NCBI GenBank assembly: GCA_964016885.1
Contig: OZ024746.1
Location: 11,780,001 to 11,844,000, forward strand
DNA from: Eledone cirrhosa
Taxonomy: Eukaryota
Length of the DNA: 64,000 nucleotides
Direction of reading: 5' to 3'
The number at the start of each line of letters is the position of its first letter. Position 1 is the stretch's first letter. The position numbers and the translations under genes were made by a program. The notes under the pieces were generated by a model, which was given only the letters and a program-made list of their open reading frames with translations, ran no database searches and had not been told where the DNA came from. Positions 50,517-63,575 of the stretch are shown here, one piece after another.

Positions 50517-51334
50517 CCTATCCACATTTTCTGTCTCTAGGAGCATATATGTGCAACTTGTTCAACTATTTTCATTGTAAAAATAAAAACTACATTGAAG
50601 CAACTTACTTTAAGCTAACATACTCTCTAAATTTTACACATATATATATATATATATATATTTTCAATTTCTTTGTATCTTCTATCTTCTATTCTGTTTG
50701 AATTCAACATAATCCTGTTATATAATTCTGCAAATAACACCTGATGAAATCGTCTTGTCTTACATCATAGTCAAATGATAGGGCTCGGCCATCGAAATAT
50801 ATATAGTGCTTTCACGGGATTAAAATTCTTAAGTAAATTTTCTAGTCTGGCTTTCTGTTGTTGTTTTAATGAATACTTAACTCCGTTCCTGCACCAATAC
50901 CACATCTATGATGGAGAATTTGCAAAACGTTGAATGCTTTAATTTGTTGCATCATCATTTACCAACCCAAGCCACCAGTTCTACTCACTGGTAAACAGCC
51001 TAACATAATATATACATATATATTTAATACTATACTCTTTTTAGCTTTATGTACATCTAGTAAAGTGACATGCAAGGTTAACGTTATAACTTGTTTCTAA
51101 AATATAATGTCAAACAAATCCTTGATAATATTGACATATTGATTGTTGGGAAATACCTTGAGAATAAATTTCCTGTCAACACTAAATGGCCACAGATGAC
51201 AGTCAACAATATTAGGACTTAAATATTTTTGAAATTATTATATGTGAACTGTTGCTCCCTAAGTGATATCTTTATGGCTACAGATTTATAAATGGTTAAC
51301 TTTATTGAAAACCACTTGACAGACTGACTGAGAC

Positions 51335-51525
51335 GCAATTTTGGAGGAAGGGAAAGTCAATTAAATCGACCCCAGTGCATGACTGGTACTTTATTTTAAC
51401 GACCCCGTAAAGATGAAAGGCAAAGTTAACCTTTGTGGGATTTGAACTCAGACTATAAAGGACCGTAACTCTATGCTGCAAAGCATGGTGTCCGACCCTC
51501 TACCGATACTGCCAATCCACCGCCC
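51335..51525 (-). mobile_element. SINE family A
   Basis: aaatcgaccccagtgcatgactggtactttatttt..gatactgccaatccaccgccc. Confidence 0.9.
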
Positions 51526-51789
51526 TCTGAGTTTGATCTGATATTAACTTATAAGAATGAGACATTGAATTGAAGAAGTGACTCATCATCATCATCACCA
51601 TCATCTTTGTCGTCATCGTCATCATAATCATCATCATCACCATCATCACCATCATCATTAAATTTATTTTTGTTCTTTGTTCCTGTTTTGAGAAAAAATA
51701 TTCCTAAAGTAAAGATTTCAAGGAACATATTTCAGGATACTTTTTATAAAGTCTATTTTCTAAACCTGAGGTTGCATTATTGATAATTA

Positions 51790-52120
51790 GAGATGGTAGT
51801 CCCATTCAGTGCCACCACTCACCCATTCCTCAGCAACAGGCCCCTTTGTTGCCTTCCTTTGTCATCTCCTCTTTGAGGCTCAGCATTTAGAGATCAGCTC
51901 TCACTATTTCTGGCCAGGATTTCTTTGGTCTTCCTCTTTTGCAGCTTCCTTCCCCTTAGATTTCTTGGCACTACTTCACTTAATGATTATCATCCATATG
52001 CATCACATGTCCATACCAGTTTTCTCTCTTGCACGCATCTAAATCCTCTTATGCCCAGTTGTTCTACCATCTCACCTATGCTTCATCTTTCATGCACACT
52101 AGCATCCAACCTAAGACATT
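51790..52120 (-). mobile_element. Decayed RTE 3' coding fragment
   Basis: ttctttggtcttcctct and catcacatgtccatacca are reverse complements of RGRPKK and WYGHVM motifs. Confidence 0.75.
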
Positions 52121-52831
52121 CTGAATATTAAGGATATTGTTAGATGTATGGAGAAGAGATGACTGTACTAATTTAGGGATGCAATGTAAATGGATGATGC
52201 AAATTATATGAAATATACCACAGGTTAGTTTTGAAAAGATCTTATAGTGTAAGCAAATCAAAAATGATTATAAAGAAGCTGTTTAGATAGATTTACTAGC
52301 ATCAAATCTAACAGAAGATTTCAAACAGAATAAAAATGCATGAAAATATGCAGCTAATTACGGCCAAGTCTGTATGAAAGGGCAGCCATAAAGTCAAGAG
52401 ATCATGGTGTCATATTTAAAAATGTAGTTCTAATCAGCTAATGTGGTTGTGATGATAATGATGATGAATATAAGGACATAAAAATCAACTAATGCTAACC
52501 TCTTTTTCATGTCTATATTTCAGTAATTGTTTTCTGTTTACCATAAAAAACATGGTTTTGAAATGAGTAAAAAGAAAACAATATTAGTCATTGACTAATA
52601 TTGTTTTGTCCTCACTGCATGAGTTTTTCCAGTTGACTTTTTAATGCTCTCTGCATTAATAATATGTTAGCAATAACTTAACTGTTGTTGGGCTTTCTCT
52701 TTTCTTTTTCTTTTTTCATGTGTATGACATCTAAGAGCAACAATATTTAAGTTAACTTTCTTTCAGTGAAGTCATAACATAGGTAGTGACATTATAGAGT
52801 GTCCTTCACAAATATGACATTATTGTATATA

Positions 52832-53027
52832 TATGAGGTGGTGCTGAAAATTTCCTGGTTTTAAAGGTATTGCGAAAGGGTAAAGCTGTTACCTTTACAG
52901 GGGAGGTAGGACTGCTGCAATAAGTATGTAAATCTGAGAGGGGAATATGTTGAATAAAATCATAATTAACTGATCCTCCTATATTTTCTTTTACCCAAAG
53001 CCAGAAACTTTTCAGCACCCCCTCGTA
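52832..53027. mobile_element. Mariner-type MITE with ~30 bp TIRs and TA ends
   Basis: tatgaggtggtgctgaaaatttcctggttt ... aaagccagaaacttttcagcaccccctcgta. Confidence 0.85.
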
Positions 53028-53414
53028 GGATCTGAGGATATGGCTTGGTCAGATTACAACTTTCCACCACCTGTCAACTTTGCTGATAAATTTCAAAGAA
53101 AAAATTAAAAGCAAATCGTTTTGGTATTGGCTCAACCATGGAAGTTCCTTAAACATGACAAAGTATATTATAGGCTTTATTTTTATATTAGTTTATGTTA
53201 GTCTGCAATATAATATGTAAGTATTCTTTCAATAAAGTTCTTGGCCTGGTTTTGAATGCCAATTGGAACCACACCATTAAATCTATAGTCTTAACACTTT
53301 AGGGAACTGCATTAAAGTTGCAACTTCCCATTTCACCTTTCCTAAAATTCCCAGCTTCCATGTCTATGCAAGAAATCTATATTTTATAATACAAAAAAAA
53401 AAAAAAAAAATTAG

Positions 53415-53640
53415 TGGGCAACACAAAAAAATGTACCCAGTACACACTGTAAAGTGGTAGTGGTGGTGCTATGAAATAACGTCCCCAGAGACACCCTGTA
53501 AGGTGTTAGGAGAGCATCCAACCATAGAAACCATGCGAAAGAAGCAACATTGGTTGTCCAGTTTGTATGGTCTTGGACAACAACAACCTGTCCAACCCAT
53601 GCCAATTTGGAAAACGGATGTAAAATGATGATGATGATGA
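53415..53640 (+). mobile_element. RTE/SINE 3' tail fragment
   Basis: cactgtaaagtgg..ggtgttaggagagcatcca..gtccaacccatgcc..ggatgtaaaatgatgatg. Confidence 0.75.
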
Positions 53641-54111
53641 AAAATAAATATATAATGTAATCTCATCTTTCTAAAGACTGGTGCTTTAATTTTGTTTGTG
53701 CCATATTCCCCCCCAAAATGTGAATAAGACATTGCAAGGTAGAAATGTCAACTGTTTCAACCAGAACCAAATTTAGGGACCCTAATTTCAGTGCAATGCT
53801 TCATCTAAGAATTGAAACCACATTGCAAAGACAGCTTTCTGTGAGTTTAGCACCATTCTACTTACTCGGTAGTACATATTTCAAAATTATCGTAATGGAA
53901 AAAAGTGAATGAAAGTTTCTGGTTTGTGAATGCATTACTGGTAAGTTTATAAATGCAAATAAATTAATGAGAAACACAAATTGTATCTAAATAATGTAAT
54001 AATGTTGTGATATCTTGAGTATTATTGTATAATAACACTGTAAAGTATTTGAGTTGTTGACTTGTGTTAATTGAAGATAATCTCCATAACAATTAGTAGT
54101 CCATAATTATA

Positions 54112-54852
54112 GAAGACTGAAGAGGATATACGCAGACTGGAGAGAAACGAAGCTGGCATGCTCCGCTGGATGTGTAATAGTAATATATGTGAATGGCAAA
54201 GCATAAACGAACTAAGGGAGAAATTAGGAATAAGAGGGATTAGATGTTGTTTACTCGAGAGAAGACTACGTTGGTACGGTCACGTGATGCGCATGAAAGA
54301 CGACAGCTCTATAAAAAAGTGCAGGGTGATAAAAATAGACAGTAGCCACGGAGTAAGCAGACCCAGAAAAACCTAGGACGACTTGATAAATTCCGACCTC
54401 ACACGCTTACACCTCTCCAAGACTGAGATCTTTGGCGCTACACAGTCATACAGAAGACCCGCCTTGCCTAAGTACAAAGCGAAACCTACAGTCAGTAGGA
54501 ACCTCTAACAAAATCCACCCCTGTCCCACTACCCCCCCCCCACCCCCCACCCCCCTTAAATGTGAAGTTATGTTGGTACCACAACATCCAGTCCGAAACA
54601 AATGAGGTCGTGTAGGTGTCACGACAAAAAAACACACAGTCCACGCTGTAATGTGGCCATGTAGGTAACACGGTAAAAACCTCCCAGTCCACACTGTAAA
54701 CGTGATTGGTGTTAGGAAGGGCATCCAGCCATAGAAAACCTGCCAGACAGTCCTATACGAGCAGGACAACAAATCTTGCCTCAAGTGGGAAAACTCCCGT
54801 CCAAACCCATGCAAGCGTGGAAGATGGACGTTAAACGATGATGATGATGATG
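54112..54852 (+). mobile_element. 5'-truncated RTE LINE (family 1) with (GAT)n tail
   Basis: RRLERNEAGMLRWMC..RRLRWYGHVMRM..RPRKT; UTR matches 33600-33988. Confidence 0.92.
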
Positions 54853-54891
54853 CTTATTCTGTGAGGACATTAGATTAAAAAATAAACACTT

Positions 54892-55015
54892 AGTATGACA
54901 AATCCCAAACCTAATCTTTATTCAGAAGTATGACATGTCACAAACCTGGTCTTTATTTAAAAGTATGACATGTTACAAATCTAGTTTTTATTCATGAGTA
55001 TGACAAGTCACAAAC
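54892..55015 (+). repeat. 35 bp tandem repeat, ~3.5 units
   Basis: agtatgaca at 54892, 54927, 54962 and 54997. Confidence 0.88.
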
Positions 55016-55823
55016 AAAATAAACAAAAAGTGGAGACAATGAACGAAAACAAGGCAAAATGAAAAAAAAACATTTTTAAAAATAAAAAGTCGAACAAAGA
55101 ACACAAAACTCCAAGGTCTTCAGTCATGAAGGTGGACTTTCTGGCAGTTTCGACCACCAACTGATGGTAGTGATGGTTTACCTGGTGTCATAGCATCTGA
55201 CACAAGCCAATGCACGGTCTGTGGAGTAAAAGATGAGACAAAACGATAACTTATAGCAATTAAGCCATAACAGGTATTCATAGAATTTTATGTGATGACT
55301 TAGGAAAAGGTATTGAGCTTTTCATAGCAACATAGATAGTCTCATGAAAAAAAGAAGGCAAAGAAAGAAAAAAGAAAGAAAGGAAAAAGGTAAGAAGAAA
55401 GTAAGATATGTTAAAAAATGCATTCCATTTATTGAGGGGAGAAGAAAGAACTCGTTCATCACAAATTAAAAAAATAAACAAAGAGCAGACAACGAACAAA
55501 AACAAGGCAAAACGAAAAAAAAATATATATATATATATATATTTAGTCCTGTAGAAGCCATTTCTATATTAAATCTTATTTATATATGTGTGTATGTGTG
55601 TAGTTCAAGAATAAATAAGACAAAATCAGAGATGGATACAAAAACACAAAGTCTTATTAGTTTCATGCTTGGGAAGAAGTTAATGAGGGATTTACACATA
55701 TCGGACACAAAACCTTTTTCAGGAAATAGCAAAGTTTGGAGAGAGAGGGTTGGAACAAAGACTTTGAATCATTTATTGACAAGATGAGCAACCAATTAAA
55801 TATTGTAATTATTATTGTTAATG

Positions 55824-56238
55824 AGGACAGTGGATTGGCAGAATCGATAGAGTGTTGAACATCCAGCTTTGCGGGATAGAGTTATGGCCTTTTACGTTCT
55901 GAGTTCAAATGCCGCTGAGGTTAGCTTTGCCTTTCCTTCTTTCAGGGTTCATAAAATAAAGTACCAGTAATACACTGCGGTTGGTTTAATCGACTTACCC
56001 CTCCCCCAAAATTACTAGCACGTGTCTAAAGTAGAAACCATTATTATTTGGCAGTATCGGTAGAGGGTCGGACGCCATGCTTTGACGCATAGAGTTACGT
56101 CCCTTGCCATTCTGAGTTCAAATCCTGCCAAGGTTAACTTTGCCTTTCATCCTTACGGGGTCGATAAAATAAAGTACCGGTAATGTACTGAGTAATTGCT
56201 GGCCTTGTGCCAAATGTAGAAACAATTATTATTATTAT
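55824..56238 (+). mobile_element. Two tandem SINE A copies
   Basis: gtggattggcagaatcg..tagaaaccattattatt followed by tggcagtatcggtagagggtcgg..tagaaacaattattattatt. Confidence 0.92.
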
Positions 56239-56675
56239 TAACGCACCATAAGAAAGTAAAGAAGACTATCACACAGTATTGTCTATATATTGCTCATATG
56301 TAATCCTTTTCCTTGATAAGTTTCCAAACATGTGGTCTACACTGGAAAATATATTTGATATATTTAAACTATGGATGAGGTGATGTGTATATGCCAGGGT
56401 AGGTGTAAAGTGTTACTTATTTTGATATGTAATGTGATGGAATAAATAAAATGTGTTATTGCACATGGTTAAATAAATATAATAAGATTATGAAATATAG
56501 AGAATTAAGAGTTTGTTAACACAAGTTTAATTTATTAAGAGCTATCAAAGGATTTGTTTACATGGAATTTTATAAAATATATTACAGAGAAAAAATGTAA
56601 TGCTTAATTTTGAATATTTTTATTGAAATTTTACCTAAGTTAATATAAGCAGTATTAACAAATGTCCTACAACTG

Positions 56676-57969
56676 TGCAAGGTCCACACAAGAGGTTTTG
56701 AGACTTTTATCAGAGAGACATTTATTTAACTCAGATCAATACAAAACTCTAGTTTCCCTCAAAGTTGGATCCTCTAACTTCAATACACTTGTTCTAGCAC
56801 TCCAGTCACTTCTGGAAGGTCCCCTTGTAGACCTCCAAAGTGAAGGTGTCCAGGGCATTTGTCACAATCTCCTTCTCCCCCACTTACTCAAAGCAGATAG
56901 TTTCTCCTTTAGCTTTGGGAACATCCAGAAGTCACATGAGGCTAAGTCTAGACTGTAGGGAGGATGAGGGTTAGTCTCTATCCCCATATTGGCCAAGTAG
57001 TTGGTCATCAGGATGGATTTGTAGCAAGGGGCATTGTCCTTGTGTGGGTGCCACTGACTAGACATAAAGCGCTCTGGTCTCTTGCGATGAAATCTCTTTC
57101 TGAACTGCCTCAAAACCTCTACATAGTACTCCTTATTCACTGTCTGGCCGTGGGAGACCCAGTGGATGTAGATGATGCCCTTGCTGTCAAAGAATGGGAT
57201 TATCATGAGCTTCCCAGTGGACCTGCTTTGCCTGGTTTTGTTGGATCCTGGGAGTCAGAATGTTTCCATTCGGCACTCTGTCTCTTGGTCTCTAGATCAC
57301 AATAGTAGACCCAGCTCTTATCTCAGGTTACCAGAGACTCAAGGACACTTGGATTCAAAGTGATCCACTCGACACTCTCCCTGCTGTCATCAACGCGCCT
57401 CTGCAATTGATCTTCATTAAGCGCCCTGGGAACAAACTTTGCAAAACTTTGCACATGTTCAGATCATAATGAATGACTGTGCACAGTGCCTCAGCCATTT
57501 CAAATTGTTTAGCAATCATCAGAAGCAATACACAACAGTCTCCATCCAGAAATTTGCAAATTTTGTTGACCAACATTAGCGTCTTGCCGCACCTCTCGTC
57601 ATCCCTCACCTGCTCCCTGCCTTCCTGGAACCTCATGTGCCAGTAGAAAACAGTCACCCGGCTCATGAATGTTAGTCCATAAGCAGTTTTCAACATTTCA
57701 TAGATTTCTGTCGCCATTTTCTGGACTTGACACAAAACTTTATGGCATATTGAGTCTCCAAGTGGTCCTGACATCTCAACTGCATTGTGGAAACCAGTCA
57801 GCTGTGACAAGACATGTGTGATGGGTAGTGTTTAAAGTGGTGTGGCAGCCCGAATCTTCAATCCGAAAAAAAGTGATTTGGCATGTTATGTATTAAAGTG
57901 ATAATTACATATGTCAATTAAAAGTGCCTGAAAAGAAAAAGTCTCAAAAATTCTTGAGTGTACCTTGTA
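56676..57969 (-). mobile_element. Full-length decayed mariner transposon (~1.29 kb)
   Basis: TIRs tgcaaggtccacacaagaggttttgagactttt / aaaagtctcaaaaattcttgagtgtaccttgta; ORF pieces ATEIYEMLKTAYG..WHMRFQEGRE (HTH), FFDSKG..GQTVNKEYY..HKDNAP..HPPYSLDLASCDFWMFPKLK. Confidence 0.93.
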
Positions 57970-58342
57970 CTGAGTCAAGTAGCTAAGAATTCTGAATGTA
58001 AAATAGAAGTGCATTTTGTTAACAGGTGCTACTTATACACAAAAATGTATATAACAGTTACCAGATTTTCAAGGAACAAAGGCCAATTGTTTGGAATCTC
58101 TAATTAAAAATCACAAATCACAAATGATAAAAGTATTGATTAGAACATAGGTCTGAGGGGAAAGATTTAAACACATACTGGATAGAAATTAGAACTGTGA
58201 TGTTCATAGCTTTCCCCAAAAGGAATTTACAACATTACTGAAGTATATTGATCCCTTGCTTGTTATTTGAATAACATAAAGGTAAGATTCTCTACTTCTG
58301 TTGGTTGTACTCATGTTTCAACTAATCATATCTCTGGTCATC

Positions 58343-58564
58343 TTAACTCTTAACATTCTGTAATGATTTAGCAGAAAATATCTAAAAACAGATTTGTTGA
58401 TTCAATTGTTTATAGTATATTTAATTGTATACAGATCATTGTGAAAGCTTGCAGTATTAAAGTAAAGAGCAATTCTAAATGTGATGCAATCATAGTGTTC
58501 TTTTGTATTTTTCAAGAATGTCTTGCTAATGCGGTTTCATACAGTACAGAATGTTAAGAGTTAG
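58343..58564. mobile_element. MITE-like element with perfect 19 bp TIR
   Basis: taactcttaacattctgta (58344-58362) / tacagaatgttaagagtta (58545-58563). Confidence 0.75.
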
Positions 58565-58587
58565 AATAACATTATAATTATCATTTT

Positions 58588-58800
58588 TGGATTGGCAGAA
58601 GCGTTAGAGCATCAGACAGATGCGTGGAAGTATTTGCTGGGGCTCTTTAATGTTTTCAGTTCAAATTCCACTGAGGTCAATTTGTGTTTCATCCTTCCGG
58701 GGTCAATAAAATAATGCCAGTCAATTACTGGGGTCAGTATAATCAACGTTACTGTTCCTTCAAAGTGCTGGCCTTATGCCAATGTTAGAAAGAATTATTG
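58588..58800 (+). mobile_element. SINE family A
   Basis: ggattggcagaagcgttagagc..gttcaaattccactgaggtc..tttcatccttccggggtcaataaaat. Confidence 0.82.
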
Positions 58801-59192
58801 TTGCTGTTTGGTTTTGTTGTTGTTTCTTTTGCTATGAATGCTCATATTTACAGAACTCCATTTAGAAGGTGATTTCTTCAGCTTGATGGAAATTTATTTC
58901 ATAGAAATTGGTGTTGGAAAACTACTTGACAGAATTCTTTTGTTAATTATATTTTTTTCACCAACAAAGATATTTGGAATATTTGAATGTCCACCTCATT
59001 GCATCTGGTAGAAAAGAAGATTTGCCTTTAGACATTTTATTGTCTACATATGTTTTTGTAAACCTCCATTTTTATTTTTATTAGTGGTTCAATATAACCA
59101 TCTCTGAAGGAGGTGCTAGTTACAGTGGTAGTTGTTGTGATACATTTCACACACATACACTCACACACACTAATGTTTTGTAGACATAAAGA

Positions 59193-59410
59193 CATCATCA
59201 TCATCATCATCATCATCATCACTATTTAATGTCTATTTTCCATGCTTGCATGGGTTAGACAGGTTGTAATGTTATGAAGCTATACAGATCAAGTGATCGC
59301 ATCATGCTCATTTGTTCTGTTTTTGGCCTGGTTGTCTATGATTGGATGCCCTTCCTAACACCAACCACTTTACAGCATATACTGGGAACATTTTTCATGG
59401 CACCAGGACC
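59193..59410 (-). mobile_element. RTE/SINE 3' tail fragment with (CAT)n
   Basis: catcatcatc..tttccatgcttgcatgggttagac..ggatgcccttcctaacaccaaccactttacag. Confidence 0.8.
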
Positions 59411-60024
59411 AACTGCCTTAAAGAGGTAGAAAAATAACTCAAACAACAACAACAACCTTATTATTAGATCTTCTAGAGACAGTATAACTTAGTTGATAAT
59501 GTATAAGATTAACAGTTCATAGATAATGAGTTGAAATCCACGAAGTGTTTAATTGTATTTTATCAGCACAAGACACTTTATTCCACATGCCACAATTTAT
59601 TTGGAGAAGAAAAGGAATAGATGTCAAGACCTCAGAGTAATGTAACTAGATTAATATATTAAAAAAATAGTGAAAAACAGAAAATAAATATGAATTAAAT
59701 AAACATATACAATTATAATTTGAGAATTGAAAGGTGACAAAAATGCAAACTTCAATGAGAAAATCTGCAGGAACCTTAACAAAAGAACAACAAAAATTCA
59801 TAAATTGATAATGTTGTAAGGAGTTCCTTGATGTGAACCAACCCCAGTGAAAGGAGAGAACATAGATGCAGTATGTTGAGAAGACAATGCCGCCTCACCC
59901 AAGGGAAAATATAAAAGTAACACACCACATGAACAAAAAGGAGGATTTCCATATAACTTCATAAAAGTTGGGAGGGGGGAGGGGGGGTCCTGATTGATGG
60001 GGGGGGGGGGTCCTTGACTGAGAA

Positions 60025-60612
60025 TTATAATGATTTTGAATTTAGACATAAGGTCAGTGGGGGACAGGAAAGTCAATTAAATCTCCACCAGTACTTGACT
60101 GGTACTTTGTTTTATTGACCTCTGAAAGGATTAAAGGCAAAGTTGATCTTATCAGGATTTGAACTCAGAATGTTAAGAGCTGTAACAAATGCCATAAAGT
60201 CTAACAATTCTGCCAATCCACTACCCTCAATAATAAATAATGGTTTCTAATTTAGACCGAAGCCCAACAATTTTATGAGAAGGGAAAGTTGATTATATCA
60301 ACCCCAGTACTTGACTGGTACTTTATTTCATCAACCCCGGAAAGATGAAAAGCAAAGTTAACCTTGGCGAGATTTGAACTCAGAATGTAAAGATATGGAA
60401 CAAATCCAATAGATACAAGGCCAGAAATTTGTGGGGAGTGGTTAGTTAATTATATTGATCCCAGTAGTTGATGGATATTTTAATTTATTGACCTCAGAAA
60501 GATGAAAGGCAAAGTTGATCTTGGGGAGATTTGAACTCAAAACGTAAAAAAGCTAGTAGAAATACAGCAAGGTATTTTGTCCAATGCTCTGCTTCTTCCA
60601 ATCCACCTTCCT
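60025..60612 (-). mobile_element. Three tandem SINE A copies
   Basis: ccagta(c/g)ttga..aaggcaaagtt..gatttgaactca repeated three times at ~190 bp spacing. Confidence 0.88.
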
Positions 60613-61019
60613 AGTAAAATATGTATAAGGAGATCTATAGAAATGTATGATTGTTGAGAAGAAAGATTTTATTGAATGTGAGGGATTCAATGTGTTGCCA
60701 TGAGGACATGGTTGTTGTTTGGTAGGAGTGTTTGTAGTTAATTTGGGTAAATTGGGTTACACTCAATAACACATAGCTAGCATGTTTCAAGTCCTCAGCA
60801 ATATCACATTAATACCCACTCAACTCTGATATTGATGGAAAGTGAACAAAACATAAATGAACAAATAAATAACGGCATCTATTGAGTAAAAATACGATTT
60901 ATTTGTCAAACTGAGATTTGAAATGCTGTTCAAATCTTTGAATGATTTGTATTAACAGAAGTATAATTTAAGTCAACTCAGCAATATAATGAACTGCAAG
61001 ATGTTTATGTTACAGAAAT

Positions 61020-61330
61020 ATAATTATAATTGTTTCTACTTTTGGCACAAGGCCAGCAATTACCCAGTACATTACTGGTACTTTATTTTATCGACCCCGT
61101 AAGGATGAAAGGCAAAGTTGACCTCAGCGGGATTTGAACTCAGAATGGAAAGGGCCATAATTCTATGCATCAAAGCATGATGTCCGACCCTCTACCGCCA
61201 TGTTAAAGAAATATAATTATAATTGTTTCTACTTTAGGCACAAGGCCAGCAATTACCCAGTGCATTACTGGTACTTTATTTTATTGACCCCGTAAGGATG
61301 AAAGGCAAAGTCAACCTTGGCGGGATATGA
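61020..61330 (-). mobile_element. Two tandem SINE A copies (short variant)
   Basis: agaaatataattataattgtttctactt..gcacaaggccagcaattacccagt occurs twice. Confidence 0.9.
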
Positions 61331-61958
61331 GTAGAAATAAGGTAAGTTTGCATATTACATGATATATGATATCTGTTGTGGAAATATTATGAAGTGAAAA
61401 GTTGAACAGAATGAACTATGTAATTTGTAATGTGTACTGAGACTGTAAACATGGAAGAGACAGACTAAAGATGAGTATGAAAAGAATGCAGAGTTAGCAA
61501 ATAAAGCCATGACAAGCTTGTCTGACTCTGGTCAAAATTGGCCAGAAAGAGCAAGCAGATACTAGTTGACTATTGTTTGGTGGAATGAAGACTGAAAGAA
61601 AGTTTACTGTCTGTTTGCCCCTTTATAGCTGAAGGTGACCTCCAGATGTTTGGTAATGATGAATATAAAATATTATGTGAAAATGCACCATAGCTAGATT
61701 CAATAACAAAACTCACCAAAGCATGATTTTCAACTTTGGCGCATGGGGACCAATTTTTGGAGTCAGAAAGGATTTCGTAAGTTTACTTGCCTTTGTATAT
61801 ATAACTGGAATTTATTAGACCCACTGTCACTTCACATCCTGAAATATGATGGTAAAGTTAAACCTGACAGGATGTTTAAACTAAAAACAGAGATATAACG
61901 AAATACTATAACATGGATACAACATGGCCGAATGGTTAAGAAATTCACTTCCCAATTA

Positions 61959-62163
61959 TTAACCCTTTAGCATTTAAACCGGCCAAAATTTGTTCACTTC
62001 TTTCTGTTCATACTGGTCATAACTTGCCACTCATACTGATGTTAAGGTATTGTTCTCAAAATAAATAATATCAAACTCTCATAGATTCAATATTATGTGA
62101 GATAAAGCTTTACTGCGAAAATGCAATAGTATATATAGAATAATGTAAATGCTAAAGGATTAA
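61959..62163 (+). mobile_element. TTAA-flanked MITE family 1
   Basis: ttaaccctttagcattt..aaatgctaaaggattaa. Confidence 0.85.
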
Positions 62164-62349
62164 GTCTTGAGTTCTCTTTAGATACATTCATAAGGGAATG
62201 ATCAGTCCTATTGTTTCTGGGGAAAGGAATAAATAGTTTTGACATTTATATCTCTCTGAATTACATTATCAGAGTCAATAAAATAGCCAACCTTGAGAAT
62301 TGAAGCTGGGTCATTGATTCTGTCTGTCAGAAATATTTACTACCTACAC

Positions 62350-62508
62350 CAGTAATCTGTGGCCCACGAGACGTATGTGGCCTGTTTGGCTTTCTGAATG
62401 GCATACCTAATTTCAAAATTGCCCTGAAAGTTTTTAGTAGTGCAGTCCATCTTATAATGAACCACATCCTATGCAGCCCACTGCTTGAAAAGGTTTACCC
62501 ATGCCTGA
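62350..62508. mobile_element. Possible hAT-type MITE remnant
   Basis: tgtggcccacgag..atgtggcc..atgcagccca..aaaggtttacccatgcctg. Confidence 0.4.
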
Positions 62509-63154
62509 CCTACACTATATCATTCATTTACTGTTAGTATTGAATACTAATGCTTCTCATGCTTAAGAACTGAACAACCATTGTGATCAAATCCTTATTG
62601 TATATAGCATCTCTATTCATCTCTGTAACTGAAATATTTACAGCATATGGATTAATGGTAATCAACTCACTCTTAGGTTCTTGGATTCTGTCAACAATCT
62701 TACAATGTCTACTACAAAACAATCAAATAAAGATAAGATTTATTTACTACCTACTCCTGTAGAGATAACTACAATATCAAAAGCTTACTATAACAGTTAT
62801 AAACCAAGTATACTGTTTCACTCAACTTCAAGTCTACTTTTATCAATTCTGTATAAATTGTGTTTGCTTGTATAAATGTATGTATGTATATACATATATA
62901 TATACGTCCCACCCTTGCAAGCAGGGAAAAGCGGACGTAAAATGATGATATATATATAAATAATGTATGTATGTACATACCTATCTTTCTATCAATCTTT
63001 AACTGATATATATATCAACAAAGGATGTAAACATTGGCATGAAAACTGTGTTCTTCCAGCAAAGTTCCCCGAGATAGTTGTTCTACACCAAGATACAGAT
63101 ACTTCCTTGACACACTCACTATCAGAAATGCAGTGAACCAATGATAAGACCAGT

Positions 63155-63440
63155 GGAAACCTGTGACACCATCCATCCACCCACTTGCTCCAACCACACC
63201 TCCTCATGATCTGCCCTCTCCCACAACATATGTCTCCTTTTGGACCATGCACAGCCCACAATGTCAGACACCATCAACTTGTTTCAAAGCTACCTTCATG
63301 ACCCAACCACCACCTGGCAATGTCTGTGCCAAGCCTGAACCCTCATCAATGCCTCCCCAGCAACACCAAGGACACTGAGCCCCTCAGTGCTCGAATGTGA
63401 TAGTGCTGGTACTATACATGTATCCTCCACAAACTTGGGG
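63155..63440 (-). mobile_element. Probable RTE 3' UTR fragment
   Basis: C-rich block with cctgtgacacc and cctcagtgctcgaatg..gtgctggtac; resemblance to RTE UTR pieces is loose. Confidence 0.4.
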
Positions 63441-63575
63441 TCATATTTCTATAAAAGAAACCATCATAGTTCACTCTAAAGTTTTTGAACATGCAAATAT
63501 GATGATCATCAGATTTTAAAGAAAAGACATCCATTTTATGTTTGTAGAAGTAAGAATACAAACAATCCAAGTTAA

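Noticed and set aside
54892-55015. 35 bp periodic repeat (and the 41.3 kb array) as CRISPR-like
   Set aside because: Whole units are similar, with no unique spacers, no cas genes and a eukaryotic context.
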